Shown here: piece by piece, positions 18,356-29,731 of the stretch
Layout: each line of letters starts with the position of its first letter
How positions within the stretch are numbered: position 1 is the stretch's first letter
Notes under the pieces: model-generated
The model's input: only the letters and a program-made list of their open reading frames with translations
Databases searched by the model: none
Told to the model about the DNA's origin: nothing
Translations under genes and position numbers: made by a program
Assembly (NCBI GenBank): GCA_965207885.1
Contig: OZ242311.1
Location: forward strand, 5,760,001-5,824,000
Direction: 5' to 3'
Origin: Candidatus Latescibacterota bacterium
Lineage (GTDB): Bacteria > Latescibacterota > UBA2968
Length of the DNA: 64,000 nt

Positions 18356-19729
18356 ATGCCTGAACGCCCCAACCTCGTATTTGTATTCCCTGACGAATAT
18401 CGCAAACAGGCCATGGGATTCATGAACGAAGACCCCGTAATAACCCCCAACATCGACAGATTTGCGTCTGAAAGCCTCGTATTAACCGACGCCGTAAGCA
18501 CCAGACCCGTATGCAGCCCATATCGGGCAATGCTCTTCACCGGACAATATCCCCACGCCAATGGCGTACTCGGCAACGTCAACTCCACCACAGTACAATA
18601 CGAAAACTACCTGAGAGAAAACGCACGGTGCTTCTCAGACGTATTGCACGACGCTGGCTACAATCAGGCGTACCTGGGCAAACTACACCTCGATCCCCCC
18701 AATGAACAATATGAATACACCGAAGGACCGAGATCAAATGGCGTCATCTGGGACTCATATACCCCGCCGGGACCGCGCAGACACGGCTATGACTTCTGGT
18801 ATTCCTATGGTTGTTGCGACTGGCACTTCAACCCTCACTATTGGACCGACAATGACCCCATTGAAAAGCGCATTGAACCGCGAGAATGGTCTCCCAAACA
18901 CGAAACCGACATCGCAATAAACTACATCCGCAACGAAGGTGGCAAATATCGAGATCCCGAAAAACCATTCTCACTCGTCATATCCCACAACCCACCGCAC
19001 ATGCCATTCAAACAAGTACCGGAAAAATACGTCGCCCAATACGGCGACGCCACCCATGAAGACCTCTTAACGCGCCCCAACGTACCCACAGATGAACGCG
19101 GCGACAGCGCCCGCGAAAACGCGAAACACTACTTCGCCATGGTAACCGGCGTCGATGAAAACTTCGGACACATACTGGACTGCTTAAAAACAGAGGGACT
19201 GGAAGAAGATACCATCGTAGTCTTCACCTCTGACCACGGTGAAATGATGGGCAGCCACGGCCGCATAGGCAAAACCGTACACTACGAAGAATCCTTTACC
19301 GTACCATTTATCATCCGCTGGCCCGGAAAAATCACACCCGGCACAGATAATTTGTTAATCGGCACACCTGACTTGATGCCCACATTGCTCAATCTCATGG
19401 GCGTGGGACAGATTCCCGACAGCGTCCAGGGAACGGATTACTCCGACATCCTCCTGGGCAGAGAAGGCACGCGTCCCACCTCTGCGCTCTACCTCAATGT
19501 AAACCCCGACAACCCCGCTGGCGGATCGCGCGGCGTGCGCACACACCGACACACGTATGTCGTCACGCGAACGCCTGAAAGCGAAGAAATAATCCTCCAC
19601 GACAACGTAGCAGACCCCTATCAACTCCAAAACATCGCTGGCGATCACCCCGGCCTTGTAGCAGAACTTGAGAAAGAAATGAACAACTGGTTAGCAAAAA
19701 CCGGCGACCCATGGTTAACGCAACAATAA
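18356..19729 (+). CDS. Sulfatase
   Basis: CSPYRAMLFTG (CxPxR), GKLHL, FTSDHG. Confidence 0.93.
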   Translation: MPERPNLVFVFPDEYRKQAMGFMNEDPVITPNIDRFASESLVLTDAVSTRPVCSPYRAMLFTGQYPHANGVLGNVNSTTVQYENYLRENARCFSDVLHDAGYNQAYLGKLHLDPPNEQYEYTEGPRSNGVIWDSYTPPGPRRHGYDFWYSYGCCDWHFNPHYWTDNDPIEKRIEPREWSPKHETDIAINYIRNEGGKYRDPEKPFSLVISHNPPHMPFKQVPEKYVAQYGDATHEDLLTRPNVPTDERGDSARENAKHYFAMVTGVDENFGHILDCLKTEGLEEDTIVVFTSDHGEMMGSHGRIGKTVHYEESFTVPFIIRWPGKITPGTDNLLIGTPDLMPTLLNLMGVGQIPDSVQGTDYSDILLGREGTRPTSALYLNVNPDNPAGGSRGVRTHRHTYVVTRTPESEEIILHDNVADPYQLQNIAGDHPGLVAELEKEMNNWLAKTGDPWLTQQ

Positions 19730-19739
19730 GGAGCAATAA

Positions 19740-21050
19740 ATGCCAGACACCCCAAATCTCCTCGTCATTCACACCGACGAACAAAGTTGCTGGACATTGA
19801 GCGCGTATGGCGGAACACTCGTCGAAACGCCCCACATCGACTCCCTGGCAAGCGAAGGCGCGATCTTGACCAACTTCATGGTCAACGTCGCCGTATGCAC
19901 CCCATCCCGAGGCGTATTCCTCACCGGGCGCTACGAACATGTACACGGTGCATATCGCAACAACATCCCCCTCAACCGCGATGAAATCACATTTGCTCAG
20001 GCACTAAAAGATCGCGGATACGACACCGGATACGCGGGCAAATGGCATCTGGACGGACCCCCGCGCCCCGGCTGGGTACACCCCGAACGCACAATGGGCT
20101 TTGACGACGCCGAATACATGTTCAATCGCGGACACTGGAAAAAAATCGAAGATACCGACATGGGCGATGTGCAACCCACAGTGTTTAATTACAGAACCAT
20201 GGGCGACGAAAAAACCTATCCAACGGACTGGCTAACCGAAAAAACCAACGAATTTATGACGCGAGATCGCGAAAATCCATTTTGTTTTATGCTCAGCATC
20301 CCCGATCCCCATCCCCCATTTACCGTGCGCCCACCCTACGACACCATGTACAACCCCGCAGACATGCCACTGCCCGACACGCGCAACGAAGAAAACCAGC
20401 CCAACTGGGTATCCAACAGACAGGCTCCAGAAGATGAAATCCTGCGCAAACACATGGCCCAATACTGCGGCATGGTCAAAGTCATCGACGACTGCGTGGG
20501 CAAAATGCTCGATGCACTGCGCGAAAAAGGCATCCTGGACAACACAATAGTCGTATTTACCTCCGACCACGGCGAATACCTCGGCGAACACGGACTCATG
20601 GGCAAAAATCAACTCTACGAAACCGCGTATCGCGTCCCCATGTTAATCCGCTGGCCCGAGAAAATCCCGGCTGGCACGCGCATAGACCGCCTGGTAGGCT
20701 CCGTCGATTTCATGCCCACCATCCTGACCCTCATGGGATATGAACCCTGTGGCCGCGAACACGGACGAGATGCATCCGCACTCTTACGCGGCGAAGAAAC
20801 CGAATGGGACGACATCTGTTATATCCACCACGACCCCGACAGAGCTGGCGTATTCACCCCCAATTACGAACTCGCCTATGTAAAGGACCACGACGCCATC
20901 CTCTTTGATCGCCAAAACGATCCCGACCAGGTGAACAACCTGTTTGACGCCCCCGAACACCGGGAAATGATCGCAACCATGACCGCCGACCTCGCCGCAC
21001 ATCACGCATCGGTCAACTCGCCATCAGCAGAATGGTTGCGGGAGCTATAA
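19740..21050 (+). CDS. Sulfatase
   Basis: CTPSRGVFLTG, GKWHL, FTSDHG. Confidence 0.93.
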   Translation: MPDTPNLLVIHTDEQSCWTLSAYGGTLVETPHIDSLASEGAILTNFMVNVAVCTPSRGVFLTGRYEHVHGAYRNNIPLNRDEITFAQALKDRGYDTGYAGKWHLDGPPRPGWVHPERTMGFDDAEYMFNRGHWKKIEDTDMGDVQPTVFNYRTMGDEKTYPTDWLTEKTNEFMTRDRENPFCFMLSIPDPHPPFTVRPPYDTMYNPADMPLPDTRNEENQPNWVSNRQAPEDEILRKHMAQYCGMVKVIDDCVGKMLDALREKGILDNTIVVFTSDHGEYLGEHGLMGKNQLYETAYRVPMLIRWPEKIPAGTRIDRLVGSVDFMPTILTLMGYEPCGREHGRDASALLRGEETEWDDICYIHHDPDRAGVFTPNYELAYVKDHDAILFDRQNDPDQVNNLFDAPEHREMIATMTADLAAHHASVNSPSAEWLREL

Positions 21051-21061
21051 TAGGAGGATCT

Positions 21062-21541
21062 ATGGCATTTGATTCACGGCTGCAACGAGATATAATGGGA
21101 CGATTTGTAACCGGCGTAACCGTCGTCACCACGCGATACAAAAACGGCGACATAACCGGCATGACAGCCAACGCCGTCATGTCATTGTCGCTGGACCCAC
21201 CGCTCGTCGTGGTATCGGTCGATAAATCGGCAACCATGCACAGCGCCTTATCTGACGGACAGTGTTATGCAATCAACATCCTTACCCGGGAACAAGAGCA
21301 TCTGTCCAACCGATTTGCCATGCCGGGACCAAAGGACTTTTCCGATCTGACATTGCGCGAAAGCAAAACAGGTGCGCCGATTTTGGAGGGAACGCTGGGA
21401 TATCTCGACTGCAAGATAGTGAACATCTTGCCAGCAGGCGATCACGACATGTTTGTAGGAGAAATACTGGCGGGAGAATTGGGAGAGGGGAATCCGTTGC
21501 TCTATTATGGAGGGAAGTATCGAAGTCTGGCAGAAGAATAA
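21062..21541 (+). CDS. Flavin reductase-like protein
   Basis: RDIMGRFVTGVTVVT, SLSLDPPLV, AGDH. Confidence 0.9.
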   Translation: MAFDSRLQRDIMGRFVTGVTVVTTRYKNGDITGMTANAVMSLSLDPPLVVVSVDKSATMHSALSDGQCYAINILTREQEHLSNRFAMPGPKDFSDLTLRESKTGAPILEGTLGYLDCKIVNILPAGDHDMFVGEILAGELGEGNPLLYYGGKYRSLAEE

Positions 21542-21543
21542 GC

Positions 21544-23259
21544 TCAGGTATGAACATACATATCCAAAAACCGCTTTTCCCCTTCTGAACTGCCAATAAG
21601 GAGAATCTCCGCTGCTCCTGGTAGCGGTTCATTGGGATCGGGATTGAGCTGCATTTCCTGGTTATTATTAACTGCGATAACCGTACAGTCCGTATTCCTG
21701 CGAATATGTGAATTTGCAATCGTTCTTCCAACAAGTGAAGAGGGTATCTTCATCCTGAACACGCTGATATCTTCACTAAACACACTCAGGCTCTCTGCCA
21801 CCATCAGAGTATCACTGCGTTTTAAGAAATTGAAAATCGCGTCCGCACCCATCGAAGCATAAGACATGACAAAATCCGCGCCTGCGCGATGCAGAGTCGC
21901 AATATTTCTCTCTTGCGTAACGCGGCTGATAATCTGAATTTCCGGATTTAATCGCCGGCAATAAACCGTGAGATAAACATTGATATCATCGTCGTGTGTC
22001 GTAATAATAACCGTCAACGCATTCATAATCTCGGCTCTTTTTAAAACCTCAAAATCCGCGGCATTGCCCACAATGCAATTATCGAGCCTCTGAGCCTGGA
22101 TAACATCTTTTTCCACAATCCGATAATCGAGACCCTGTTCCACAAGCGTGCGCGCAGCCTCCATGCCAACGCCGCCGCCGCCAATGATGACAACGGGAGC
22201 ATTTGAAACCTTGTAAATACAGAACAACTCGTTAAATCTATCCAACTGACTCTGCGTCCCCGTCATTACCAGCACAGTGTGGGGACCAATACGGGTATCG
22301 GGCAATGCCGGCTGAAAAATACCGCGTTCCCAGACGCCGACCGCCGTCAAGCCCAGTTCTCTACGCAGACCTATCTCCTCGAGTGTTTGGCCCACAAGAG
22401 GCGTATGGGCCGCCGTGGTCTCGGCAATGAACAAATCGTCGTACTGGCCAATCACATGCGCTGCGGTCTCCCCGCTCTGGGTGCGCCGCGCAAGAGATGC
22501 ACCGAGCATTTTTTCGAGTTGAAGCACATGGTCGCATCCCGCTAATTCGAGAATATCCACTGAATCGGGGTCATCCACCTTGGCGATAATCGGCACAGTC
22601 GGATTGAGGTCGCGCACAGTAAATGCAATATGGGTATTAATTGGATCGGTATCTGTTGTCGCAACAAGAGCCGCTTGTTCAATCTGCATTTTTTTGTACG
22701 TTTCAGGATTGTCCAAATCCCCAACCACAACATTGATACCCTGATCGTATAGTTGCTGTGCATGCGCCAAATCTGGCGTAATGAGATAGTAGGAATACTG
22801 GTAGCGATCCAGCTTATTGATAAGCGCTTGTGCAATGGGGTCATAGTGGGTCAACAAAACATGGTCTCTCGTACTGCGGGGCAACTGACGCGGCGCGCGG
22901 GCTTCGGATTGGGCTTGAATCCACGGCGCGTAAAAAAACTGAATAAAAGTAAACGGCAGAACAATAAGCAAAAAAACCATACCAGTCAGCAAAACGATCA
23001 TAGAAAAAAAACGCCCCAAATCCCCCTGGAAAGTAATATCGCCAAAACCCAATGTTGACATAACCGTAAGCGTCCAATAAAAACCTGTAAACCAGCTAAA
23101 CTCCTGGCCCTCTCTCAGCATGATGAAATGAAAAAGAACGCTAAAAATTGTAACAATCACAGAAAAGGCCAGCAACAATTTGAACAAAGTTCCGAGATTT
23201 CGCCGAGTTGTGCGCCTTCGCAATAAAAAGGCGAATTGTGGGGCAAGACCCTTGATCAT
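21544..23259 (-). CDS. Potassium channel with TrkA-N/TrkA-C (RCK) domains
   Basis: Pore motif TMSTLGFGD-like (VMSTLGFGDI), two RCK modules including IIGGGGVG. Confidence 0.9.
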   Translation of the reverse strand: MIKGLAPQFAFLLRRRTTRRNLGTLFKLLLAFSVIVTIFSVLFHFIMLREGQEFSWFTGFYWTLTVMSTLGFGDITFQGDLGRFFSMIVLLTGMVFLLIVLPFTFIQFFYAPWIQAQSEARAPRQLPRSTRDHVLLTHYDPIAQALINKLDRYQYSYYLITPDLAHAQQLYDQGINVVVGDLDNPETYKKMQIEQAALVATTDTDPINTHIAFTVRDLNPTVPIIAKVDDPDSVDILELAGCDHVLQLEKMLGASLARRTQSGETAAHVIGQYDDLFIAETTAAHTPLVGQTLEEIGLRRELGLTAVGVWERGIFQPALPDTRIGPHTVLVMTGTQSQLDRFNELFCIYKVSNAPVVIIGGGGVGMEAARTLVEQGLDYRIVEKDVIQAQRLDNCIVGNAADFEVLKRAEIMNALTVIITTHDDDINVYLTVYCRRLNPEIQIISRVTQERNIATLHRAGADFVMSYASMGADAIFNFLKRSDTLMVAESLSVFSEDISVFRMKIPSSLVGRTIANSHIRRNTDCTVIAVNNNQEMQLNPDPNEPLPGAAEILLIGSSEGEKRFLDMYVHT

Positions 23260-23360
23260 ATCGGTTATTCCTCAACAGGTAAACGGAGAACGAGGATTAC
23301 AAAGATAGAGTATCACAACAGTTGTGTCAATTTGGTTCTCAAAAAAGAAAGGAACCCGAA

Positions 23361-24788
23361 ATGTCATCCAGATACAACATCCTGCTCATAATCTCAGAAG
23401 ACAACGGGCAGCATCTGGGTTGTTATGGCGACCCCTATGCACAAACGCCGCACATAGATAAACTCGCCTCTGAAGGCGTGCGATTTGAAAACATGTATGC
23501 GACGCAGGCCGTGTGCAGTCCTGGCCGGGCGAGTATTCTAACCGGATTATATCCACACCAGAATGGTCAGTTCGGATTGGCAACCCACAAATACGCCCTG
23601 TACGATACATTTCCCAACATGCCCCGCCTGTTAAAAAACGAAGGATACAGAACCGGACTAATCGGCAAATTGCACATCAACCCCGAAGACGCCTTTCCCT
23701 ACGACCTGCGGTGGAATCCGAAAGAATTTATCAGCTTTGCCAACCGCGACGTACGCAAAATGGCCGAAGTAGCGGGCGAATTTATGAAACCATCAGACGA
23801 GCCATTCTTTCTACAAATCAGTTTTCCCGACGCGCACCTGCCCTTCCACCGTCAACAATTCGGCGTACCAGAACAACCACAGGAAGGCAAAGACGTCGAG
23901 ACGCTTCCATTTATCGGCATTGATACCCCTCGTCTCCGAGAGGAAACAGCAGACTATTACAACTGCATGTCCAGATTGGACACCGGCATAGGACTGGTCT
24001 TAGAACAACTGAATGCCCTGGGAAAAGCCGAAAATACACTCGTAATTTTTACGACCGATCACGGTGCCCAGTTTTCCCGGGGAAAAACATCGATCTACGA
24101 GGGCGGATTGCGCATACCACTAATCGTGCGATGCCCCGGCATCAGCCTTAAAGGTCACACACGCGATGAATTGGTATCGCAAATCGACATCTTGCCAACC
24201 GTGACAGATATCCTGGGAGTAGCGTGTCCTCCAAACGTGGCAGGCACATCCTTTGCACCCCTGTTAAAAGGACAAAAAATTGAATGGCGCACCCATCTAT
24301 ACGCCGAGTGGGGAAGCGGTGGCGTCGTCACGTACTTCCCTCAGCGCTCCGTGCGAAATGACCGATACAAACTCATCGCCAATCTCCTCCAGGACCGCCC
24401 AAGCCCGAGCGCACTGGGATATTCGGACAGAAACCAAAAATGGACATCCGGCGCAACACAAGAGGAAATTGCCGGTTCAGATAAGCGCATTCGGGCAGCT
24501 TATGAACTCTATGAACAACCGCCAAAATACGAAGTCTATGACCTGCAAAACGACCCATGGGAATTTGAAAATCTATCCCATAATCCGGCATACCGCGACA
24601 TATTACAAGAATTAAAAAATCGCCTTGAGACCTGGCAGAAAGAAACCCACGACGCCCTGAGACACCCCGAAAACCTGCATCGCCTCACCCGAAAACACGA
24701 CGAAATCCAGGAAAGGTACTACGCGGAAAGCGTATGGGGAAGTTCCCGAAATTACGAGTGGGACTACACCGAATACCTCTACCGATAA
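23361..24788 (+). CDS. Sulfatase (N-sulfoglucosamine sulfohydrolase-like)
   Basis: CSPGRASILTG, GKLHI, FTTDHG. Confidence 0.92.
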   Translation: MSSRYNILLIISEDNGQHLGCYGDPYAQTPHIDKLASEGVRFENMYATQAVCSPGRASILTGLYPHQNGQFGLATHKYALYDTFPNMPRLLKNEGYRTGLIGKLHINPEDAFPYDLRWNPKEFISFANRDVRKMAEVAGEFMKPSDEPFFLQISFPDAHLPFHRQQFGVPEQPQEGKDVETLPFIGIDTPRLREETADYYNCMSRLDTGIGLVLEQLNALGKAENTLVIFTTDHGAQFSRGKTSIYEGGLRIPLIVRCPGISLKGHTRDELVSQIDILPTVTDILGVACPPNVAGTSFAPLLKGQKIEWRTHLYAEWGSGGVVTYFPQRSVRNDRYKLIANLLQDRPSPSALGYSDRNQKWTSGATQEEIAGSDKRIRAAYELYEQPPKYEVYDLQNDPWEFENLSHNPAYRDILQELKNRLETWQKETHDALRHPENLHRLTRKHDEIQERYYAESVWGSSRNYEWDYTEYLYR

Positions 24789-24797
24789 GGAGAAAAC

Positions 24798-26048
24798 ATG
24801 GCAAAAACACGCCTGACAATTGAAGGCGAAAAATTTCTGATAAACGAGAAAGTGACGTATTCAGACATTGATAGAACGAGACCCGGTGCCCATGGTCTGC
24901 TCATGAACGCCCGATTTATACAGGGCATTTTTGACGACGCGATGGCACCCGACCGCTTTGCGCGCTGGGGACACGGCGAATGGGATCCCAGGGCCAATAC
25001 CGAGCGCCTCATAGCTGCATTGCCCGAATGGTACCGCTATGGACTGCGCGCATTCACAACCGGATTCCAGGGCGGAGGCCCGTGTTTCACAGTGCCAAAT
25101 CACACCATCCAGAACAACCCCTTTGGCACAGACGGCCTGAACCTCGACGCCGACTACGCCGAGCGGATGGACAAATTGATCCGGGGAGCAGATGCGGTTG
25201 GGATGATCGTCATCGTCAGCTTCTTTTACGGCTCGCAAACCCGCTGGTTAAAAGATGAAAAAGCCATCCGCAACGCCGTAACAACCGCCTCGCGTTTTGT
25301 AAAAGAATATCCCAACGTCATCATCGAAGTCGCAAACGAGATGAATATTGGATCCTTTGCAAATCATCCCATCATACAAGAACCCGAAGGAATGGTAACA
25401 CTATTGAATCTGGCGCGAAAAGAATCGGGCGGCTTGCCCTGTGGGTGCAGTGGCGGGGGTGGATATCGCAATCGAGAAGTCGCCGAAGCCAGCGATGTCA
25501 TACTCATACACGGAAATGGTTGCACCCGGCAACGATATCACAACATGATCCAGGAAGTGCGAAACTGGAACCTGAACCGCCCTATCGTGTGCAACGAAGA
25601 TTCCCAGGCCATCGGTCAACTCCAGGTCGCCTATAAAACGCAGACCTCGTGGGGATATTACAACAACATGACCAAACAGGAACCACCCGCCGACTGGGGA
25701 ATCACCACGGGAGAAGACACCTTTTTTGCACACCGGATGGCAGACGGCATAGGAATCGACACAGACCCGATTGATGACCAGTACTATCTCCAGGGGTTAG
25801 AACCCAATTGGACATATCAGGGCCTGCGCTGGCTTCGACTGGCCAGCTTATATCCCGAAACAATCAGTTATGTCGATTTTTATCGGAATGGCAAATACTA
25901 CGACACCGCGTATGACGAACCCTTTTCCCTGCATTTTCAGACCAATTGGCGGCAAGGCGGCATAGACTTTCGGGACGATGACCGGGAATGGAAAGCCGTT
26001 ATCCACTGTGGTGACGGTCAGGTAATCGAAAAAATTGTTCAATGTTGA
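24798..26048 (+). CDS. Putative glycoside hydrolase-like (TIM barrel) protein
   Basis: NVIIEVANE and PIVCNED resemble clan GH-A acid/base and nucleophile motifs; follows a sulfatase. Confidence 0.55.
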   Translation: MAKTRLTIEGEKFLINEKVTYSDIDRTRPGAHGLLMNARFIQGIFDDAMAPDRFARWGHGEWDPRANTERLIAALPEWYRYGLRAFTTGFQGGGPCFTVPNHTIQNNPFGTDGLNLDADYAERMDKLIRGADAVGMIVIVSFFYGSQTRWLKDEKAIRNAVTTASRFVKEYPNVIIEVANEMNIGSFANHPIIQEPEGMVTLLNLARKESGGLPCGCSGGGGYRNREVAEASDVILIHGNGCTRQRYHNMIQEVRNWNLNRPIVCNEDSQAIGQLQVAYKTQTSWGYYNNMTKQEPPADWGITTGEDTFFAHRMADGIGIDTDPIDDQYYLQGLEPNWTYQGLRWLRLASLYPETISYVDFYRNGKYYDTAYDEPFSLHFQTNWRQGGIDFRDDDREWKAVIHCGDGQVIEKIVQC

Positions 26049-26055
26049 AAAAGCG

Positions 26056-26091
26056 CGAATAGACGAATAGACGAATAGACGAATAGACGAA
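26056..26091. repeat. 8-bp tandem repeat (CGAATAGA) x4
   Basis: Seen directly in intergenic sequence. Confidence 0.85.
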
Positions 26092-26223
26092 CCCCGCCCA
26101 ACCACCCAAAACCTCTGGATTGCGACTAAAACCATGCCGCAATGACGGCTTTCATGTACATTACCTGTTTCATTGATTCGTTGATGAACTGCTGGCGCAG
26201 TTGTACCCCGTTCCGTTGATTCG

Positions 26224-27426
26224 TTAATTCGCATTTAAAAACTCATCCAGCGCATTCACCGCCTCATCAATATGTTCTTTCTCAATCACCAGCGGCGGCA
26301 AAAAGCGCACCACATCTGGCCCTGCGACACATACCAGAATATCGTTATTTTCCCGAATCGCATTCATCGCATCTGCCGCTGGTATCTCTTTCAGCACTGC
26401 GCCCGCGATCAACCCGCTACCGCGAATTTCCGTCACCTTATCGGCGTGTTTGTCTTTCAATGCACTCAGTTTCCCAAACAAATACGCACTCTTCTCCTGG
26501 ATACCCGCAATAAATGCGGGATCAGACAGCGTTCTAAACACCTCAATCGCCACCGCACACGACACGGGATGCGCTCCAAATGTCGCGGCGTGATCCCCCG
26601 GCTCCACTGCATCGGCCACATCCTGCGTCACAAGCGTTGCTCCAATCGGCAACCCACCCGCTAAGGGCTTGGCAAGCGTCATAATATCTGGCGCCACGCC
26701 GTACTGCTCATAGCAAAACAGCGAACCAGCCCGCCCCAAACCGCACTGAATCTCATCGAAAATCAACAACATCTTCATCTCATCGCACAGGGCGCGCACA
26801 CCCTCCAAAAATTCCGGATCTGCCGAATGAATACCCCCTTCTGCCTGTAGCGGCTCCAGCAACACAGCCACCGTCTGCCCATCTGCTATCTTCTCCACCG
26901 ACTCCAAATCGTTCAAATCGGCAAATTCAATACCCGGCAGCATCGGCCCAAATCCCTGGTGATATCTGGGCTGACCCGTTGCAGAAATCCCGCCATAGGT
27001 TCGCCCGTGAAAAGAATTATTCATCGCGATAATTTTATTCTTGGGTGCATCTTCAAAATTCTTATACCCCCACTTGCGCGCAAACTTCAGCGCGGCCTCG
27101 ATGGACTCTGTTCCGCTATTGCAAAAAAACACGCGATCGGCAAACGAATGCTCGCACAACAACTGCGCCAGCTGAGGCGCCGGAATCGTATGATACAAAT
27201 TTGAAACATGGATCAACTTGCCCAACTGCGCGTTGGCAGCCTCTTGAATCACCGAATTATTATATCCCAGGGCATTGACAGACAAGCCACTTACAAAGTC
27301 GAGATAGTGCTTCCCGTCCGTATCCACAATATGGACCCCATCGCCCTTTTCCAGCACAAACTCGGGCCGTCCGTAGGTCTGCAAGATATACTTCTGTTCT
27401 AAGTCAATAATTTCTCGAGTCGTCAT
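26224..27426 (-). CDS. argD: Acetylornithine aminotransferase
   Basis: FCNSGTES, FHGRT, FDEIQCGLGR, TLAKPLAGG. Confidence 0.93.
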   Translation of the reverse strand: MTTREIIDLEQKYILQTYGRPEFVLEKGDGVHIVDTDGKHYLDFVSGLSVNALGYNNSVIQEAANAQLGKLIHVSNLYHTIPAPQLAQLLCEHSFADRVFFCNSGTESIEAALKFARKWGYKNFEDAPKNKIIAMNNSFHGRTYGGISATGQPRYHQGFGPMLPGIEFADLNDLESVEKIADGQTVAVLLEPLQAEGGIHSADPEFLEGVRALCDEMKMLLIFDEIQCGLGRAGSLFCYEQYGVAPDIMTLAKPLAGGLPIGATLVTQDVADAVEPGDHAATFGAHPVSCAVAIEVFRTLSDPAFIAGIQEKSAYLFGKLSALKDKHADKVTEIRGSGLIAGAVLKEIPAADAMNAIRENNDILVCVAGPDVVRFLPPLVIEKEHIDEAVNALDEFLNAN

Positions 27427-27449
27427 GCTAAATCCTTATGGTTAAAAAT

Positions 27450-28352
27450 TTACTGCACAATTTGCGTGCCAATACCCTCGCGGGTAAAAATCTCCAGCAA
27501 AAGCGCGTGCGGAACACTGCCATCAATAATATGCGTCTTGTGAACACCGCCCTTCACAGAACGCTCACACGCACGCAACTTGGGAATCATCCCCCCGCTG
27601 GCAATACCTCTCTCAATCAACATCTCCACATCATTGACATGCAGTGTTGAAATCTGCGAATCCGGATCATCTGGAAACCGTCGGATACCATTCACATCCG
27701 TCAAAAACACCAGCTTCTCCGCTTGCAGTGCCCGCGCAATCTCACCTGCTGCCGTATCGGCATTCACATTATAACTCTCGCCCTCTGGCCCCAAACCAAC
27801 CGGCGAAATAACGGGAATCATACCTTCTTCACAAGCCAGACGGACGGGTTCGGGATCAATTCGGGCGACATCGCCAACATAGCCGATATCGACCTCTTTG
27901 GTCTTCCCGCCTTCCTCCTCTACCGTCGCAAAATGCTGCGTCACATACATCACCCCCGCGTCTTTGGCCGACATACCGCGCGCGCGACCATCGAGTATTT
28001 CCAGACCATCGACAATACGCCGGTTCACCTCGCCAAACAACGTATCTTCCACCACCTGCATCGACGCCTTATCGGTCACGCGCAAGCCATTGACCCATTC
28101 AGATTCAATACCCGATGCCTCCAGACGCCTGCTAATATCCTTCCCCCCACCGTGTACAACCACGGGACGCATACCCACGGTCTCCATAAACACCAGATCG
28201 GCCATGATCGTAGGAGACCCTCTCTCTTCAGGCTGTGTGCTACCGCCGTATTTCACCACAATAATTTTGTTGCGAAATGCGCGAATATACGGAAATGCCT
28301 CAATCAAAATTTCAGCCTTTTCAATTATTTTTTGATCCAAGATTTTCTCCAT
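27450..28352 (-). CDS. argB: Acetylglutamate kinase
   Basis: VVKYGG, VHGGG, GLRVTD, NVNAD, GGMIPKL. Confidence 0.95.
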   Translation of the reverse strand: MEKILDQKIIEKAEILIEAFPYIRAFRNKIIVVKYGGSTQPEERGSPTIMADLVFMETVGMRPVVVHGGGKDISRRLEASGIESEWVNGLRVTDKASMQVVEDTLFGEVNRRIVDGLEILDGRARGMSAKDAGVMYVTQHFATVEEEGGKTKEVDIGYVGDVARIDPEPVRLACEEGMIPVISPVGLGPEGESYNVNADTAAGEIARALQAEKLVFLTDVNGIRRFPDDPDSQISTLHVNDVEMLIERGIASGGMIPKLRACERSVKGGVHKTHIIDGSVPHALLLEIFTREGIGTQIVQ

Positions 28353-29284
28353 CACGTTTTGGTAATTCCACAAAGACGCGGTAAGCCCTGCATCAAATTC
28401 ATATTTTCCACAGCCTGGGTAGCCGCGCCTTTTTGCAAATTATCTTCCAGAGCATTGATATAGGCAAAACCGTTATCAACGCCCAATTTGATAATCAGTT
28501 TATGCGTATCTACCACATCGCGCGTACCCCACCAATGCGCGTCGGAATCTTCAACCACCTGCACCAGATCGTCAGCGTCATAAGCACTTGCAATCGCCTC
28601 GCGCAACTGCGCTGCAGCATCTTCATTTGCCAGCGCTTTCAAATCATCAGCCAATTCAACTCGAATATTTGCATTAATACCCGCAAATACCGACCGCAGC
28701 ACAACAGGCGTAAAATTCACTTCAAAACCCGAATACAAAACCATTTCGGGCACGTGTTTGTGTCGCTTGCCATAGCTATATGCAATCTCATTTGACACAT
28801 CCTCCACCTCGGCTCGCGCACCCGAATTGCCCGAAGTCGCCACAATCGTCGCTTCCCCCTGCACGAGTGCTTTGAGGGGATACAAAGCCAAAATAACACT
28901 CGTGGGATAACACCCCGGATTGCCCACCAGACGCGCCACAGCAATCTCTTTGGCAAACAAAGCCGGCATGCCATAAACCGCTTCTTTGAGCAACTCAGGC
29001 GCCGTATGCACCAGACCATAACCCCTTTCAAACGCCTCTCTCGGCAGCCGAAAAGCACCGCTCATATCAATAACCTTCGCACCTGCGGCCAGTGCCTCGG
29101 GCGCAAACTTCATCGACTCGGGATCCTTCGTCGCCAAAAACACCACATCGCAATCGACCAAATTGCCATCCCGGCGCCTTGAATTTTGTCGAAACGCGAT
29201 AGTTGCCCGATCGTGGTATTTCAACACCTTTTGGATCTCCTGCCCCACCATCCCCGTATCGCCGTAAATGCCTATTCTTATCAC
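28352..29284 (-). CDS. argC: N-acetyl-gamma-glutamyl-phosphate reductase
   Basis: GDTGMVG, IDMSGAFR, GNPGCYPT, HKHVPE, DNLQKGAATQA. Confidence 0.93.
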   Translation of the reverse strand: MIRIGIYGDTGMVGQEIQKVLKYHDRATIAFRQNSRRRDGNLVDCDVVFLATKDPESMKFAPEALAAGAKVIDMSGAFRLPREAFERGYGLVHTAPELLKEAVYGMPALFAKEIAVARLVGNPGCYPTSVILALYPLKALVQGEATIVATSGNSGARAEVEDVSNEIAYSYGKRHKHVPEMVLYSGFEVNFTPVVLRSVFAGINANIRVELADDLKALANEDAAAQLREAIASAYDADDLVQVVEDSDAHWWGTRDVVDTHKLIIKLGVDNGFAYINALEDNLQKGAATQAVENMNLMQGLPRLCGITKT

Positions 29285-29296
29285 AGAACAACCCTT

Positions 29297-29731
29297 TCAA
29301 GGTACTAAAATCTGATCTGAAATATCTGGGTAAACAGCCTTAAAATCTCGTTCATTAAAAGTTATCAAATGATCAACCTGAATCCGGTAAGCTGTATGTG
29401 CAATCAGAGCATCGTAGGTCGCACCACCTGTGATGCCTTGTTGAGCCAGATGCACCAAAAGCGTTTTGTATTCATCACCATCTGATGCAATTATTTCAAA
29501 TGTGGAGACGACATTTTCCTGGATAAGTTGCAGTGCAGTGGTCGAAGAAATGCGTGGTTGTACTGGTAAACGCGTTAAAACAGCGTACAACTCAGCAAGT
29601 GTATGAGCCGCAATATAGGCAGAAACATCGTCTTGTCTTGCTCGTTTTAACCACGTTAGTGCTCGAGCATGACTGGGATGGGCTTCAACCATCGCAGCGA
29701 TAAGTACAGACGTATCCAACAAAATTTTCAT
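29297..29731 (-). CDS. PIN-domain (VapC-like) toxin inside the arg operon
   Basis: ILLDTSVLIA, HTLAELYAVLT, YDALIA, LITFNERDF. Confidence 0.88.
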   Translation of the reverse strand: MKILLDTSVLIAAMVEAHPSHARALTWLKRARQDDVSAYIAAHTLAELYAVLTRLPVQPRISSTTALQLIQENVVSTFEIIASDGDEYKTLLVHLAQQGITGGATYDALIAHTAYRIQVDHLITFNERDFKAVYPDISDQILVP